Source of the DNA: Minisyncoccota bacterium
GTDB taxonomy: Bacteria > Patescibacteriota > Microgenomatia > UBA1400 > PJMF01
Length of the DNA: 64,000 nucleotides
Direction: 5' to 3'
Assembly (NCBI GenBank): GCA_018657765.1
Contig: JABHWM010000005.1
Coordinates: 65,138-129,137, forward strand
The notes under the pieces were generated by a model that saw only the letters and a program-made list of their open reading frames with translations, was not told the origin of the DNA and made no database searches. Positions 19,640 through 28,638 of this stretch are shown in pieces; the first letter of the stretch is position 1; each line of letters starts with the position of its first letter. The position numbers and the translations under genes were made by a program.

Positions 19640-21283
19640 ATGAAAAAATATTGGTTTAGCTTAGCTATAATTTTAATCTCTATCTTTGCTTTCTCTGTTC
19701 GTCTTTATAAGGTAACAGAATCACCACCCTCCCCATATTGGGAAGAAGTTGCCCTGGGATATGATGCTTATTCAATATTAAAGACTGGTAAAGATCATCA
19801 TGGTAATCCATGGCCTTTAGTTGCTTTTGAATCATTTGGTGATTGGAAACCTACTGGATATTTTTATGCTTTAGTTCCTTTTATTGCTTTATTTGATCTT
19901 TCTGTACTAGCTATCAGATTACCTTCTGTATTTGCTGGGACAGGAATTGTTTTTGGATTGGGTTGGATAATATGGCTTTGGACAGATAATCTAACAAAAA
20001 AACAGAGATTTTGGCTATCATTAATGGGAATGATGTTAGCAAGTATTTCTCCTTGGTTAATTCAGTTTTCTAGAGCTGGCTGGGAGGTAAATCTGGCTAC
20101 TTTCTTGATAGTGATGGGAATTGGCAGTGGATGGGCTAGTGTAAAAAGAAAAGAGAAACAAAGTTCTCTATTCTATATATTTATATCTGTTCTATTTTTT
20201 GTGGCGTCTATGTACAGCTATCACAGTGCCAGGGTTATTGCCCCTGTTTTAGGATTATTTCTGGGATTAAGGTATTTATTATTTACTTCCAAAGAAGGTT
20301 GGGATAAAACAATAAAACAATCTCTAATATTAGGTGGATTTGTGATAATTCTATTATCTCCATTTATTAAAGCTTGGGGATCTCCAGTTCTTAGTCAACG
20401 AATGGCTGAGACCACAATTTTTTCTGACATAGGTATTATTGAAGAAAGTAATACTGCAAAAGAGCTACATAATAATGCCTGGTGGACAAAGTTTGTTTAT
20501 CACCGTTTCTTCTTTTATGGAGAAGTATTAGCTTCTCAGTTTTTTGTTCATTTTAGACCAGATTTTTTGTTTGTTACTGGTGATAGTATTGCTCGTCATT
20601 CTTCTCAATATTTTGGTTTATTTTATCCATTTGAAATATTGTTTATGTTAGTTGGCTTTTTCTATGTGATAAAAAAATTCAGTAAAGAAAAACAGGCATT
20701 TTTATTGTTATGGATAATAATTGGAGTTTTACCTGCAGCTATCTCGAGACCCGCCCCACATGCCCTCAGAATTTTACCAATGGCTCCTAGCTTATTATTA
20801 CTAGTGGTTTTGGGTTTGTGGCAAAGCTATAGATTTATTGCAGAAGATTTTCCATGTCTATTTTATAAATTAAAAAACTTTAGAAAAAATGTTTTATTTA
20901 TTGGTATTATTACTTTATATATTCTAAGTTTCTGTTCTTTTTATAGACATCTATTATTTGTCTATCCACAACATTTTGCTGGAGAATGGCAAGCTGGTTA
21001 TGAAAAAATGATAAAAAAGGTAGTTGCTTTGCAAAAAGAGAATCCGGAGTTACCTGTGTATATCACTAGAGAGCAGGGAAGACCGGCTATGTATTATTGG
21101 TTTTATACAAAGACAGATCCCAAAGATGTTCAGAAGGCAAATGATTTGGTGAAAAAAGATCAGGGTGAGTATCTAGAGTTTGAGAATATTAAGTTTATTA
21201 ATACTGTTGGAGAGATAATAGAAAGTTCTTTTACTTTAGCTGATTTTGAGGAAGTGTGGCAGGTAGAGGTTTTAGAAAAATAA
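19640..21283 (+). CDS. ArnT/PMT-like GT-C membrane glycosyltransferase, family A copy 4 (EE instead of DE in loop 1)
   Basis: Blocks PYWEEVALGYDAYSILKTGKDHHGNPWPLVAFESFGDWKPTGYFY, SPWLIQFSRAGWEVNLA, PDFLFVTGDSIARH and APHALRILP. Confidence 0.65.
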   Translation: MKKYWFSLAIILISIFAFSVRLYKVTESPPSPYWEEVALGYDAYSILKTGKDHHGNPWPLVAFESFGDWKPTGYFYALVPFIALFDLSVLAIRLPSVFAGTGIVFGLGWIIWLWTDNLTKKQRFWLSLMGMMLASISPWLIQFSRAGWEVNLATFLIVMGIGSGWASVKRKEKQSSLFYIFISVLFFVASMYSYHSARVIAPVLGLFLGLRYLLFTSKEGWDKTIKQSLILGGFVIILLSPFIKAWGSPVLSQRMAETTIFSDIGIIEESNTAKELHNNAWWTKFVYHRFFFYGEVLASQFFVHFRPDFLFVTGDSIARHSSQYFGLFYPFEILFMLVGFFYVIKKFSKEKQAFLLLWIIIGVLPAAISRPAPHALRILPMAPSLLLLVVLGLWQSYRFIAEDFPCLFYKLKNFRKNVLFIGIITLYILSFCSFYRHLLFVYPQHFAGEWQAGYEKMIKKVVALQKENPELPVYITREQGRPAMYYWFYTKTDPKDVQKANDLVKKDQGEYLEFENIKFINTVGEIIESSFTLADFEEVWQVEVLEK

Positions 21284-21310
21284 TTTATTAAGTTATTGAT
21301 ATAAGTAAAA

Positions 21311-21334
21311 TGAGCGAGGTTGAAGCCTCGCTCA
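21311..21334. terminator. bidirectional intrinsic terminator hairpin
   Basis: Perfect 9-bp GC-rich stem tgagcgagg (21311..21319) / cctcgctca (21326..21334) with a 6-nt loop, between convergent stops at 21283 (+) and 21352 (-). Confidence 0.75.
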
Positions 21335-21351
21335 TTAGGGTTTATGGTTGC

Positions 21352-21756
21352 TTAGCTGGTAGCAAGACTTGTGATTGTCTGAAAATTTCTTTCTTTTTTG
21401 TTTATATCCAGAAATCCTCTCGGAAGAGCCCAGAAACAATGAATTACCTTTTTATCATCTTCTCCGGTAACACCGGAATAAGACATCTCAAATATTGTTT
21501 CAGGAACAGGTATTTCTTGGAGCTCAATCCAATCATAAAAAATGATTTTTTTGTTTCTCCAGACACCATGTCTTCCTGGCTTACTAAGATGTTTTTTTAT
21601 TTTCTCAGCAATATCTTCATCACAAACCATGAAGATAGTCTTTTTATGGGTATCAGCAAGAGCAGCAATAAATACTAGAACTTCTAGATTAGGGATTGGA
21701 TCTTCATCCATTTCCATACCCATAGCTTCAGCAACCAATTTTTTAGTTATTTCCAT
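21352..21756 (-). CDS. hypothetical cytoplasmic protein (134 aa), no family recognised
   Basis: Chosen over the overlapping plus-strand ORFs for three reasons. AGGAG lies about 8 nt upstream of its ATG. Its composition is balanced and protein-like. The terminator hairpin lies just past its stop. Confidence 0.5.
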   Translation of the reverse strand: MEITKKLVAEAMGMEMDEDPIPNLEVLVFIAALADTHKKTIFMVCDEDIAEKIKKHLSKPGRHGVWRNKKIIFYDWIELQEIPVPETIFEMSYSGVTGEDDKKVIHCFWALPRGFLDINKKERNFQTITSLATS

Positions 21757-21929
21757 TTTTTTCTCCTTTTCAGGATATCCTGCTTTAGGAAACCTGAACT
21801 AGTGGATTAAACTAAAAATCTAACATTAATTATACCACATATTATAGGATAGTTAAAGTTTTATTATTTTTTTTGATATAAAAAGATATATAATAAATAT
21901 ACTTATAATAGACAATTAGGCATAAGCTA

Positions 21930-22181
21930 ATGAAACAAATTGAGCGAAATACCAGAAATTTAGTAGAAGACCTTTTTGATAAACAAATGAAGGAAAATAT
22001 TCTTCAATATCTCTTTTGGGTAACAATGACAGAAAGTCTTCAGGCAGTTATTGATTTTATTGACTTTTTAAAAATCCCTGATGTCGAAAATATTTTAAGA
22101 GAAATGAATAACAGATTATTTACTGAAGTAATTGATATATCTCATGGTATGAAAAGAAAAGCAGAGCTTTTGGAATTATAA
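21930..22181 (+). CDS. small hypothetical helical protein (83 aa)
   Basis: ORF with an ATG start downstream of an AT-rich region containing TATAAT-like elements. No recognisable motif. Confidence 0.35.
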   Translation: MKQIERNTRNLVEDLFDKQMKENILQYLFWVTMTESLQAVIDFIDFLKIPDVENILREMNNRLFTEVIDISHGMKRKAELLEL

Positions 22182-22205
22182 GAACAATAATTAAAGAAAG
22201 AAAAT

Positions 22206-22563
22206 ATGTCTTTTGCATCAAATCTAGAATTAGCAAAAACACTTACAAAAAAAAGTTGAACCTTTTATTGAAAAACTAAAAGAGACTGGGCTAGAGAGTC
22301 AGGCAACAAAAATTTTAGAAAATATTGCAAAATTGGAATCAACTGATGAAGTAGCAGATGCTATAGTTTCACTTTATTTACTTTTACAAATGGAGATATT
22401 TAATGAAATAGATAAAGCTGAAGATGAAGCTTCTGAGGCTCTAACTTATCTATATGGCTTAATGTTCGATACACATTCAATTTTTGTTCAAGAATATTTA
22501 TCTAGTCCTGCTCATATCATTAATCATTTAATAAGAGAAGTTGTCTTAGACAATAATTCTTAA
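22206..22563 (+). pseudogene. small acidic helical protein whose frame is broken at an A8 tract (or a homopolymer sequencing error)
   Basis: ATG 22206 reads MSFASNLELAKTLTKKS then stops at 22257. The +1 frame is open from 22234 and continues VEPFIEKLKETGLESQATKILENIAKLESTDEV... into track ORF 22333..22563. Removing one A from the run at 22247..22254 gives one 118-aa ORF. Confidence 0.45.
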
Positions 22564-22589
22564 CGCTTCCCTCAAACAGATCATATCGG

Positions 22590-22595
22590 TATAAT
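22590..22595 (+). promoter_or_regulatory. TATAAT -10 box candidate immediately upstream of argS
   Basis: TATAAT at 22590..22595, with only 10 nt (caaccaacct, no Shine-Dalgarno) before the ATG at 22606. The -35 region is weak (ttccct). Confidence 0.25.
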
Positions 22596-22605
22596 CAACC
22601 AACCT

Positions 22606-24372
22606 ATGATCGCAGATAAAATTCAAAAACAATTGAAAAAAGTTCTTTTAGAACTTGGTATTGATAATCCCAAGGTTCAGTTAGAGCATCCAGCAGATGA
22701 AACTCATGGTGACTGGAGTACTAATATTGCTTTGCAATATCATAAACAGATCGATGATTTTTCTAATCCTAGAGAGTTAGCTGAAGCAGTTATAGAAAAA
22801 CTAAAACCATTTTCTGAGGAAACTCATGAAATTTATAAGCTTTCTATAGCTGGCCCTGGTTTTATTAACTTTAGATTGGCCAAAGAATACTTCAGAACCA
22901 GAATCATTAAAATGGCTGAGATGAACTCACCTGATTTTTTCGCTGAATATATTAATAAAAATAAAGACAAAAAAGTCATAGTTGAGTATTCTTCACCAAA
23001 TATTGCCAAACCATTTACAGTAGGTCATCTAAGATCCACTATTATTGGTGATGCTGTGGCCAATCTTTATGAAGTTCTTGGTTGGCAGGTTTATAGAGAT
23101 AATCATTTGGGAGACTGGGGAACACAGTTTGGTAAATTGATTTATGCAATTAAAACTTGGGGTGATAGAGAAGAAATTTCTGAATCAAAAAACCCTATTA
23201 AAGATCTTGTAAAACTATATATAAAATTTCATGAAGAAGCAGAAGAAAAACCAGAGATAGAAGATATTGGTAGATCATGGTTCAGGAAACTAGAAGAAGG
23301 TGATGATGAAGCTAGAAGCTTATGGAATTGGTGTATAGAGCTTTCCTGGAAAGAATTCAGAGGTATTTATGGTGAACTAGGAATTTCTTTTACAGAGAAT
23401 AACGGTAGAGGATATGGTGAATCTTTTTTTGAAGATAAGATGAGTGAAGTAGTAAGTCTTTTGGAAGAAAAATTAACCCCAGAAGATGCTGTTAAAAATG
23501 GGGCTCATTATGCAGAAGGAGATAATGGGGCCAAATTAATCTTTTTTGAAGATGAAAAATATCCGCCAATGATGCTTATGAAGAAAGATGGGGCTACTTT
23601 GTACTCCACCAGAGATTTTGCAACAGATTATTTTAGATTGGCTCAATATGATAATCCAGATCTGATAGTTAATGAAGTTGGAGCAGAACAAAGCTTGTAT
23701 TTTGAACAACTTTATAAAGTAGAACAAATAATGGGTTGGTATAAACCAGGGCAAAGAGTTCATGTAAAACATGGTTTATATCGTTTTAAAGATAAAAAAA
23801 TGTCTACTAGAAGAGGTAATGTAATTTGGTTGGAAGATGTTATTGCAGAAGCAAAAAAACGAGCAGAGGCTCTTTCCCCAGATAAAAAACATATTGCTCA
23901 TGTAGTGGCCATAGGTGCCTTGAAATGGAATGATCTAAAAAGTGAAACTACTAGAGATATTATTTTTGATTGGGATGATCTTCTTAGTATGAAGGGAAAT
24001 TCTGGGCCATATATTCAATATGCTACTGTCAGGGCAAAAAGTGTCTTGAGAAAAGCAGCTTTAGAAGAATTTTACCCAGGATTTGGAGATGATTCCTGGA
24101 AACTAGATAAAGATGAAATGAGTTTGGTAAGACATTTGGATCGTTTTACAGAGGTTGTAGAACAAGCTGCTAAAGAGTTTGCCCCTCATCATCTAGCAAC
24201 TTATTTATTTGAGTTAGCTCAACGATTTAATGGTTTTTATAATACTCATCCTATTATTAATGCAGAAAACTCTGATGCCAGAGAAAGACGTTGTACTTTA
24301 ACTCAAGTTGCGGCCAAGGTATTAGAGTATGGTCTTTCTTTACTTGGAATTCAAACACCAGAGGAAATGTAG
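22606..24372 (+). CDS. argS: arginine--tRNA ligase
   Basis: 588 aa. Class I HIGH-region variant SSPNIAKPFTVGHLRSTIIGD, ArgRS-specific HLGDWGTQFGKLI, KMSKS-like KMSTRRG, and a C-terminal anticodon-binding region ending ...TPEEM. Confidence 0.95.
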   Translation: MIADKIQKQLKKVLLELGIDNPKVQLEHPADETHGDWSTNIALQYHKQIDDFSNPRELAEAVIEKLKPFSEETHEIYKLSIAGPGFINFRLAKEYFRTRIIKMAEMNSPDFFAEYINKNKDKKVIVEYSSPNIAKPFTVGHLRSTIIGDAVANLYEVLGWQVYRDNHLGDWGTQFGKLIYAIKTWGDREEISESKNPIKDLVKLYIKFHEEAEEKPEIEDIGRSWFRKLEEGDDEARSLWNWCIELSWKEFRGIYGELGISFTENNGRGYGESFFEDKMSEVVSLLEEKLTPEDAVKNGAHYAEGDNGAKLIFFEDEKYPPMMLMKKDGATLYSTRDFATDYFRLAQYDNPDLIVNEVGAEQSLYFEQLYKVEQIMGWYKPGQRVHVKHGLYRFKDKKMSTRRGNVIWLEDVIAEAKKRAEALSPDKKHIAHVVAIGALKWNDLKSETTRDIIFDWDDLLSMKGNSGPYIQYATVRAKSVLRKAALEEFYPGFGDDSWKLDKDEMSLVRHLDRFTEVVEQAAKEFAPHHLATYLFELAQRFNGFYNTHPIINAENSDARERRCTLTQVAAKVLEYGLSLLGIQTPEEM

Positions 24373-24396
24373 CTCAATTTTTGTTATTATAGAGTC

Positions 24397-26145
24397 ATGA
24401 AGAAATGGCTTGTTTTTCTAAGTATTTTAATTGTTAGTGTAGCTGTATTTCTTCGTTTTTTTCGTCTAGGAGAAGTTCCTGTTTCACTTTATTGGGATGA
24501 GATAGCAATGTTGGTTGATGCTAGATCTGTAGCAGAAACGGCTCTCGATATGCATGGCAACTCTATGTGGCAAGCTATTTTCCCTTCTTATGGTGACTAC
24601 AAGTTGCCTGTTTATATTTGGTTTGCGAGTCTTAGTGTGAAATTATTTGGAGCTAGTGAGTGGTCTTTGAGATTGCCTAGTGCTATTGCTGGAGTAAGTA
24701 CTGTAATCATGGGATTTTTACTGGCAAAAGAGCTATTTAATTCTTCTTTTATTAATTTAAATCTTGGCTTAAAAAAATCTGAAACTAAAAAAACAGCTAA
24801 TCTTCAAAAAATATTTTTTGCTCTTTTAGTTGCTGGAGTGATTGCTATTTCTCCATGGTCTGTAATGTTTTCTAGAACGGCTTTTGAAGGTCATCTAGCT
24901 CAATTCTTTGTTTCTCTCAGTGTTTTATTTATTCTGAAGCAAAAAAAACATTGGAGTTGGGGATTACTGGCTACATTTTTTGGTAGTCTGGCAACTTATA
25001 CCTATTTTTCTGTTCGTTTTCTCTGGCCTGTATTGTTTGTAATGACAACTTTATTATTTGTTTGGCAAAATCGCAAAGAATCTATCTTTAAGAAAATTAT
25101 TTTATTATTAATTTTACCTTTGAGTTTATATTTTATTAGTTTACAACCAATGTTAAAATCTCCTCTTTATGCAGCTAGTAATCAGTTTCGTCTAAGCACT
25201 GTTTCTATCTTGAACATGGAGAATTGGCCGGTAGTAGCTAATAAATACAAACTTCAGGCTGGAAATAACCTTTTGGATAAAGTTACTTATCATCCTTATG
25301 TATTAATGGGACGAGAGTTAGTAAAAAATTACTCTGACAATATGTCTTTTGATTTCTTATTTTTTAGTGGTGATGACAACCTTCGTCATGGAACAGGAAA
25401 TCATGGTTTATTCTTATGGATTTTTATACCAAGTTTTATTTATGGTTGGTACACACTTTTTCAGAAACATTGGAAACAAGGTTTGTTATTATTAGTGTGG
25501 TGGATATTTGCTTTATTACCAGCTTCAGTACCAGAAACAACTCCGCATGCTCTCAGATCACTTAATGCTTTGATGCCTTTATCTTTGTTAATAGGATGGG
25601 GAAGTTACAGGTTGTTTTTTGATTTAAATAAAATAAATATTTTTAAGAAAAAAATAAACGGAAAATTAAATAAATTATATTTAATATTTTTGGCTGGAAT
25701 AATTATTGTAATAGGAGCAGTTGTTTATGACTTTTCTTTTTACTTATTTAATAAGTGTCCAGCTACTTCTGCCTCGAGTTGGCAGGATGGCTATAAAGAA
25801 GTAGCTAGTATTATTTGGCAAGAGAAAGAGGGGAGAGATACCGTTTTTGTACAACCTTTTGATAGTAGATTTCATTTATGGGTGATGGGCTATCAAATGC
25901 CTGTCTCAGAATTTTCAGAAACCAAATTCGAGAACTGGGTACCTAGTAAACTGAGTAAAAACATTGTTTTTGAACCATTTGATTGGGCCAAAGTACTGAC
26001 TATGGAACCAAAAGTAGTTTTAGCAGGAAAAAAAGAAGAAATTGATCTTCAACTAGAACTATCACCAGTTCAACCAACTTGGTATAAAGAGGTGAAAACT
26101 GCGGATGGAGATACTCCTTTTGTAGTTATTTATTTTGAAAAATAG
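24397..26145 (+). CDS. ArnT/PMT-like GT-C membrane glycosyltransferase, family A copy 5
   Basis: Blocks LYWDEIAMLVDARSVAETALDMHGNSMWQAIFPSYGDYKLPVYIW, SPWSVMFSRTAFEGHLA, FDFLFFSGDDNLRHG and TPHALRSL. Confidence 0.65.
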   Translation: MKKWLVFLSILIVSVAVFLRFFRLGEVPVSLYWDEIAMLVDARSVAETALDMHGNSMWQAIFPSYGDYKLPVYIWFASLSVKLFGASEWSLRLPSAIAGVSTVIMGFLLAKELFNSSFINLNLGLKKSETKKTANLQKIFFALLVAGVIAISPWSVMFSRTAFEGHLAQFFVSLSVLFILKQKKHWSWGLLATFFGSLATYTYFSVRFLWPVLFVMTTLLFVWQNRKESIFKKIILLLILPLSLYFISLQPMLKSPLYAASNQFRLSTVSILNMENWPVVANKYKLQAGNNLLDKVTYHPYVLMGRELVKNYSDNMSFDFLFFSGDDNLRHGTGNHGLFLWIFIPSFIYGWYTLFQKHWKQGLLLLVWWIFALLPASVPETTPHALRSLNALMPLSLLIGWGSYRLFFDLNKINIFKKKINGKLNKLYLIFLAGIIIVIGAVVYDFSFYLFNKCPATSASSWQDGYKEVASIIWQEKEGRDTVFVQPFDSRFHLWVMGYQMPVSEFSETKFENWVPSKLSKNIVFEPFDWAKVLTMEPKVVLAGKKEEIDLQLELSPVQPTWYKEVKTADGDTPFVVIYFEK

Positions 26146-26236
26146 AAGATCACTTAGAGATTACTTTAAGATAATCTTTGAAGAAAAATTTTAAAAACTA
26201 ATATATGAAAATAATTAAAGTAAAATAAAAAATAAA

Positions 26237-27832
26237 ATGCGAAAAAATTTAAAAAATCATTGGTTACTAATATTAGCTATTTTACTAGGATTTTTATTGA
26301 GATTCTGGAGAGTGGGATCTTTACCAGTTATCCTTAATCGTGATGAAGCAGCCTTGGCTTACAATGCTTATTTACTTAGTGAAACAGGCAAAGATGAATG
26401 GGGAAGAAGTTGGCCTATCTCACTAGAATCATTTGGAGATTATAAACTCCCAGGATATGTCTGGGTTTTAGTTTCTTTATTTGAGGTTTTTACACCAACA
26501 GATACTATTGTCAGATTACCGTCTGTTATATCCGGAACATTATTAATTTTAGTTACTTTTCTTTGGATAAGGTCACTCAAAATTCCCAAAAAGTTTGCAA
26601 TACTTGGTGCTTGGTTAGTAGCTTTATTACCAGTTTCTATTTTCTATTCTAGAATGGCCTATGAAGCCAATGTTGGTTTGACATTAATGGTGGCTGCTTT
26701 GTGGCTTATTACAGATTTAAAAAGCAAATGGAACTTCAAAAGAATATCTTTATTATTTTTAATATTGTTGTTTGGTATTTTTACTTATAATACTCCTTGG
26801 CTTCTATTACCTTTTTTTGCTGGATATACATTTTTACTTTTTCCTTATAAAAAAAGAAAGAAATCTTTACTTTTAATAGGCATGATGGGAGTTATTTTTC
26901 TTGTAGGAGTTAAAGTATTTTTATCACTGACTGCCCAGAAAAGTGGTATTACTATTTTTAGTGATGAGACTATCTGGAGCGAATGGATTAATTATAGAGA
27001 AAATCTTGATCCTCGTTGGTTATGGTTATTGGGAAGTAAATATGCTTATTGGTTGGGTTTGATTTGGCAACGGTTTTGGCAATCTTTTACACCAGATTTT
27101 TTAGTAACTCATGGAGACAATCATTCTTGGCACAGTTTGCCTACCTGGGGGCATCTCAGTTGGTTAGTTTATGGGGCAGGTTGGATTGGTTTGGTTAACT
27201 CGTTAAAGAGAATTATAGTCTCATTAAAATTACTAAAAAAATCTGCAAAGAAAAAATTAGAATTCAAGCAAGAGATTGCTTTAGTATTTTTACTTTTCAC
27301 AAGTATCTCAGCCTCGGTTATTACAGTAGATTCTCCTCATGCAACTAGAAGTTTATTGTTCTTTATAATTTGGGTAGTTTTTGCAGTCAAAGGACTAGAG
27401 TGGTTATATAAGTTAAAAATTTGGCAAACAAAAAAAGTATTTTGGTTTGTAGTAATTTCAATAATGTTTTTGGAAACTATTTGGCATAGTCATCAACTTT
27501 TTAATACCTATCCTAAAAATCAGGAAATGTTTCAGCCAGGATATGATTCAATGATTCAGTTTATAGATAAAAAAAGCTCTGGAAAGCCAGTGGCTATTGT
27601 TGATCCGTCTGGATATAGCTATATTTTAACTGCTTGGTACTTAAAGATGTCTCCAGAGACTTATTTTTCAACTAATGTTAGACAGTTGCCAGATAAAATT
27701 GGTTTTAGGTATGGAGAACAAGTAGCTAACTTCCATTTTATAGCTTCTCCTGACGATGCCTCCGAAACAGAGGAAATTTTGTTACAATGGAGATCAGATA
27801 ATAATGGTTGGCGAATTTACGGATTAAATTAA
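26237..27832 (+). CDS. ArnT/PMT-like GT-C membrane glycosyltransferase, family A copy 6
   Basis: Blocks LNRDEAALAYNAYLLSETGKDEWGRSWPISLESFGDYKLPGYVW, FYSRMAYEANVG, PDFLVTHGDNHSWH and SPHATRSL. Confidence 0.65.
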   Translation: MRKNLKNHWLLILAILLGFLLRFWRVGSLPVILNRDEAALAYNAYLLSETGKDEWGRSWPISLESFGDYKLPGYVWVLVSLFEVFTPTDTIVRLPSVISGTLLILVTFLWIRSLKIPKKFAILGAWLVALLPVSIFYSRMAYEANVGLTLMVAALWLITDLKSKWNFKRISLLFLILLFGIFTYNTPWLLLPFFAGYTFLLFPYKKRKKSLLLIGMMGVIFLVGVKVFLSLTAQKSGITIFSDETIWSEWINYRENLDPRWLWLLGSKYAYWLGLIWQRFWQSFTPDFLVTHGDNHSWHSLPTWGHLSWLVYGAGWIGLVNSLKRIIVSLKLLKKSAKKKLEFKQEIALVFLLFTSISASVITVDSPHATRSLLFFIIWVVFAVKGLEWLYKLKIWQTKKVFWFVVISIMFLETIWHSHQLFNTYPKNQEMFQPGYDSMIQFIDKKSSGKPVAIVDPSGYSYILTAWYLKMSPETYFSTNVRQLPDKIGFRYGEQVANFHFIASPDDASETEEILLQWRSDNNGWRIYGLN

Positions 27833-27858
27833 AAAATTAGTTTATTTAAATAATAAAT

Positions 27859-28638
27859 ATGAAAAAAATATCGATAGCTTTGGCTACATACAATGAAGAA
27901 AAAAATCTAGCAATGTGTCTAGGTTCTGTAGTTGATTGGAGTGATGAAATCATTATTGCTGATGGTAGTTCTACAGATAAAACTGTAAAAATAGCCAAAG
28001 ACTACAAAGCTAAAATCATAAAAACTACCAATAAGCCTAATTTCCATATTAATAAACAAATGGCTATGGATGCAGCTACTGGTGACATAGTTTTACAACT
28101 AGATGCAGATGAAGTGGTGGATGAAGATCTAAAAAAGTTTATTTTGAAACTAACAAAGTTCTCTGACTTAACACATTTAGAAGAATCAGCTTGGTGGGTT
28201 CCACGTAAAAATTTATTTCTTGGTAAATGGCTCAAAAAAGGAGGACAGTACCCTGATCCAGTAATCAGACTATATCTGGCTGGAAAGGCACATTTACCTC
28301 AAAAAGACGTTCATGAACAGATGGAAGTAGATGGAAAAGTAGGGTGGGCTGGAGGTCATTTACTGCATTACTCTAATCCTTCTTTTGCTGATTACATGCG
28401 TAAATTCAATACTTATACTTCTTTTAAAGCTCAGCAATGGTTTGATCAAAATAAGAAGGTTAGTTTCTTTGGGGCTTTAAATAATCTAATAATTTTACCT
28501 TTCTGGACTTTTATAAAACTTTATCTAAGACATAGAGGATATGTAGATGGTTATCCAGGATTTGTGTTTGCTCTAATGAGTGGTATGCACTTTACCGTTT
28601 CATATCTCAAACTGTGGGAGCTCCAGCAAAAATCATGA
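27859..28638 (+). CDS. family 2 glycosyltransferase (WaaE-like subfamily, copy 3)
   Basis: Blocks ISIALATYNEEKNLAMCLGSV...IIADGSSTDKT, QLDADEVV, GGQYPDPVIRLYLAG, and a C-terminal YVDGYPGFVFALMSGMHFTVSYLKLWELQQK. Confidence 0.75.
   Translation: MKKISIALATYNEEKNLAMCLGSVVDWSDEIIIADGSSTDKTVKIAKDYKAKIIKTTNKPNFHINKQMAMDAATGDIVLQLDADEVVDEDLKKFILKLTKFSDLTHLEESAWWVPRKNLFLGKWLKKGGQYPDPVIRLYLAGKAHLPQKDVHEQMEVDGKVGWAGGHLLHYSNPSFADYMRKFNTYTSFKAQQWFDQNKKVSFFGALNNLIILPFWTFIKLYLRHRGYVDGYPGFVFALMSGMHFTVSYLKLWELQQKS

Noticed and set aside
21310-21802. Plus-strand ORFs 21310..21678 and 21542..21802.
   Set aside because: ORF 21310 begins inside the terminator hairpin, and both translate to Phe/Ser/Ile-rich junk. 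The minus-strand ORF 21352..21756 has an AGGAG site and protein-like composition.
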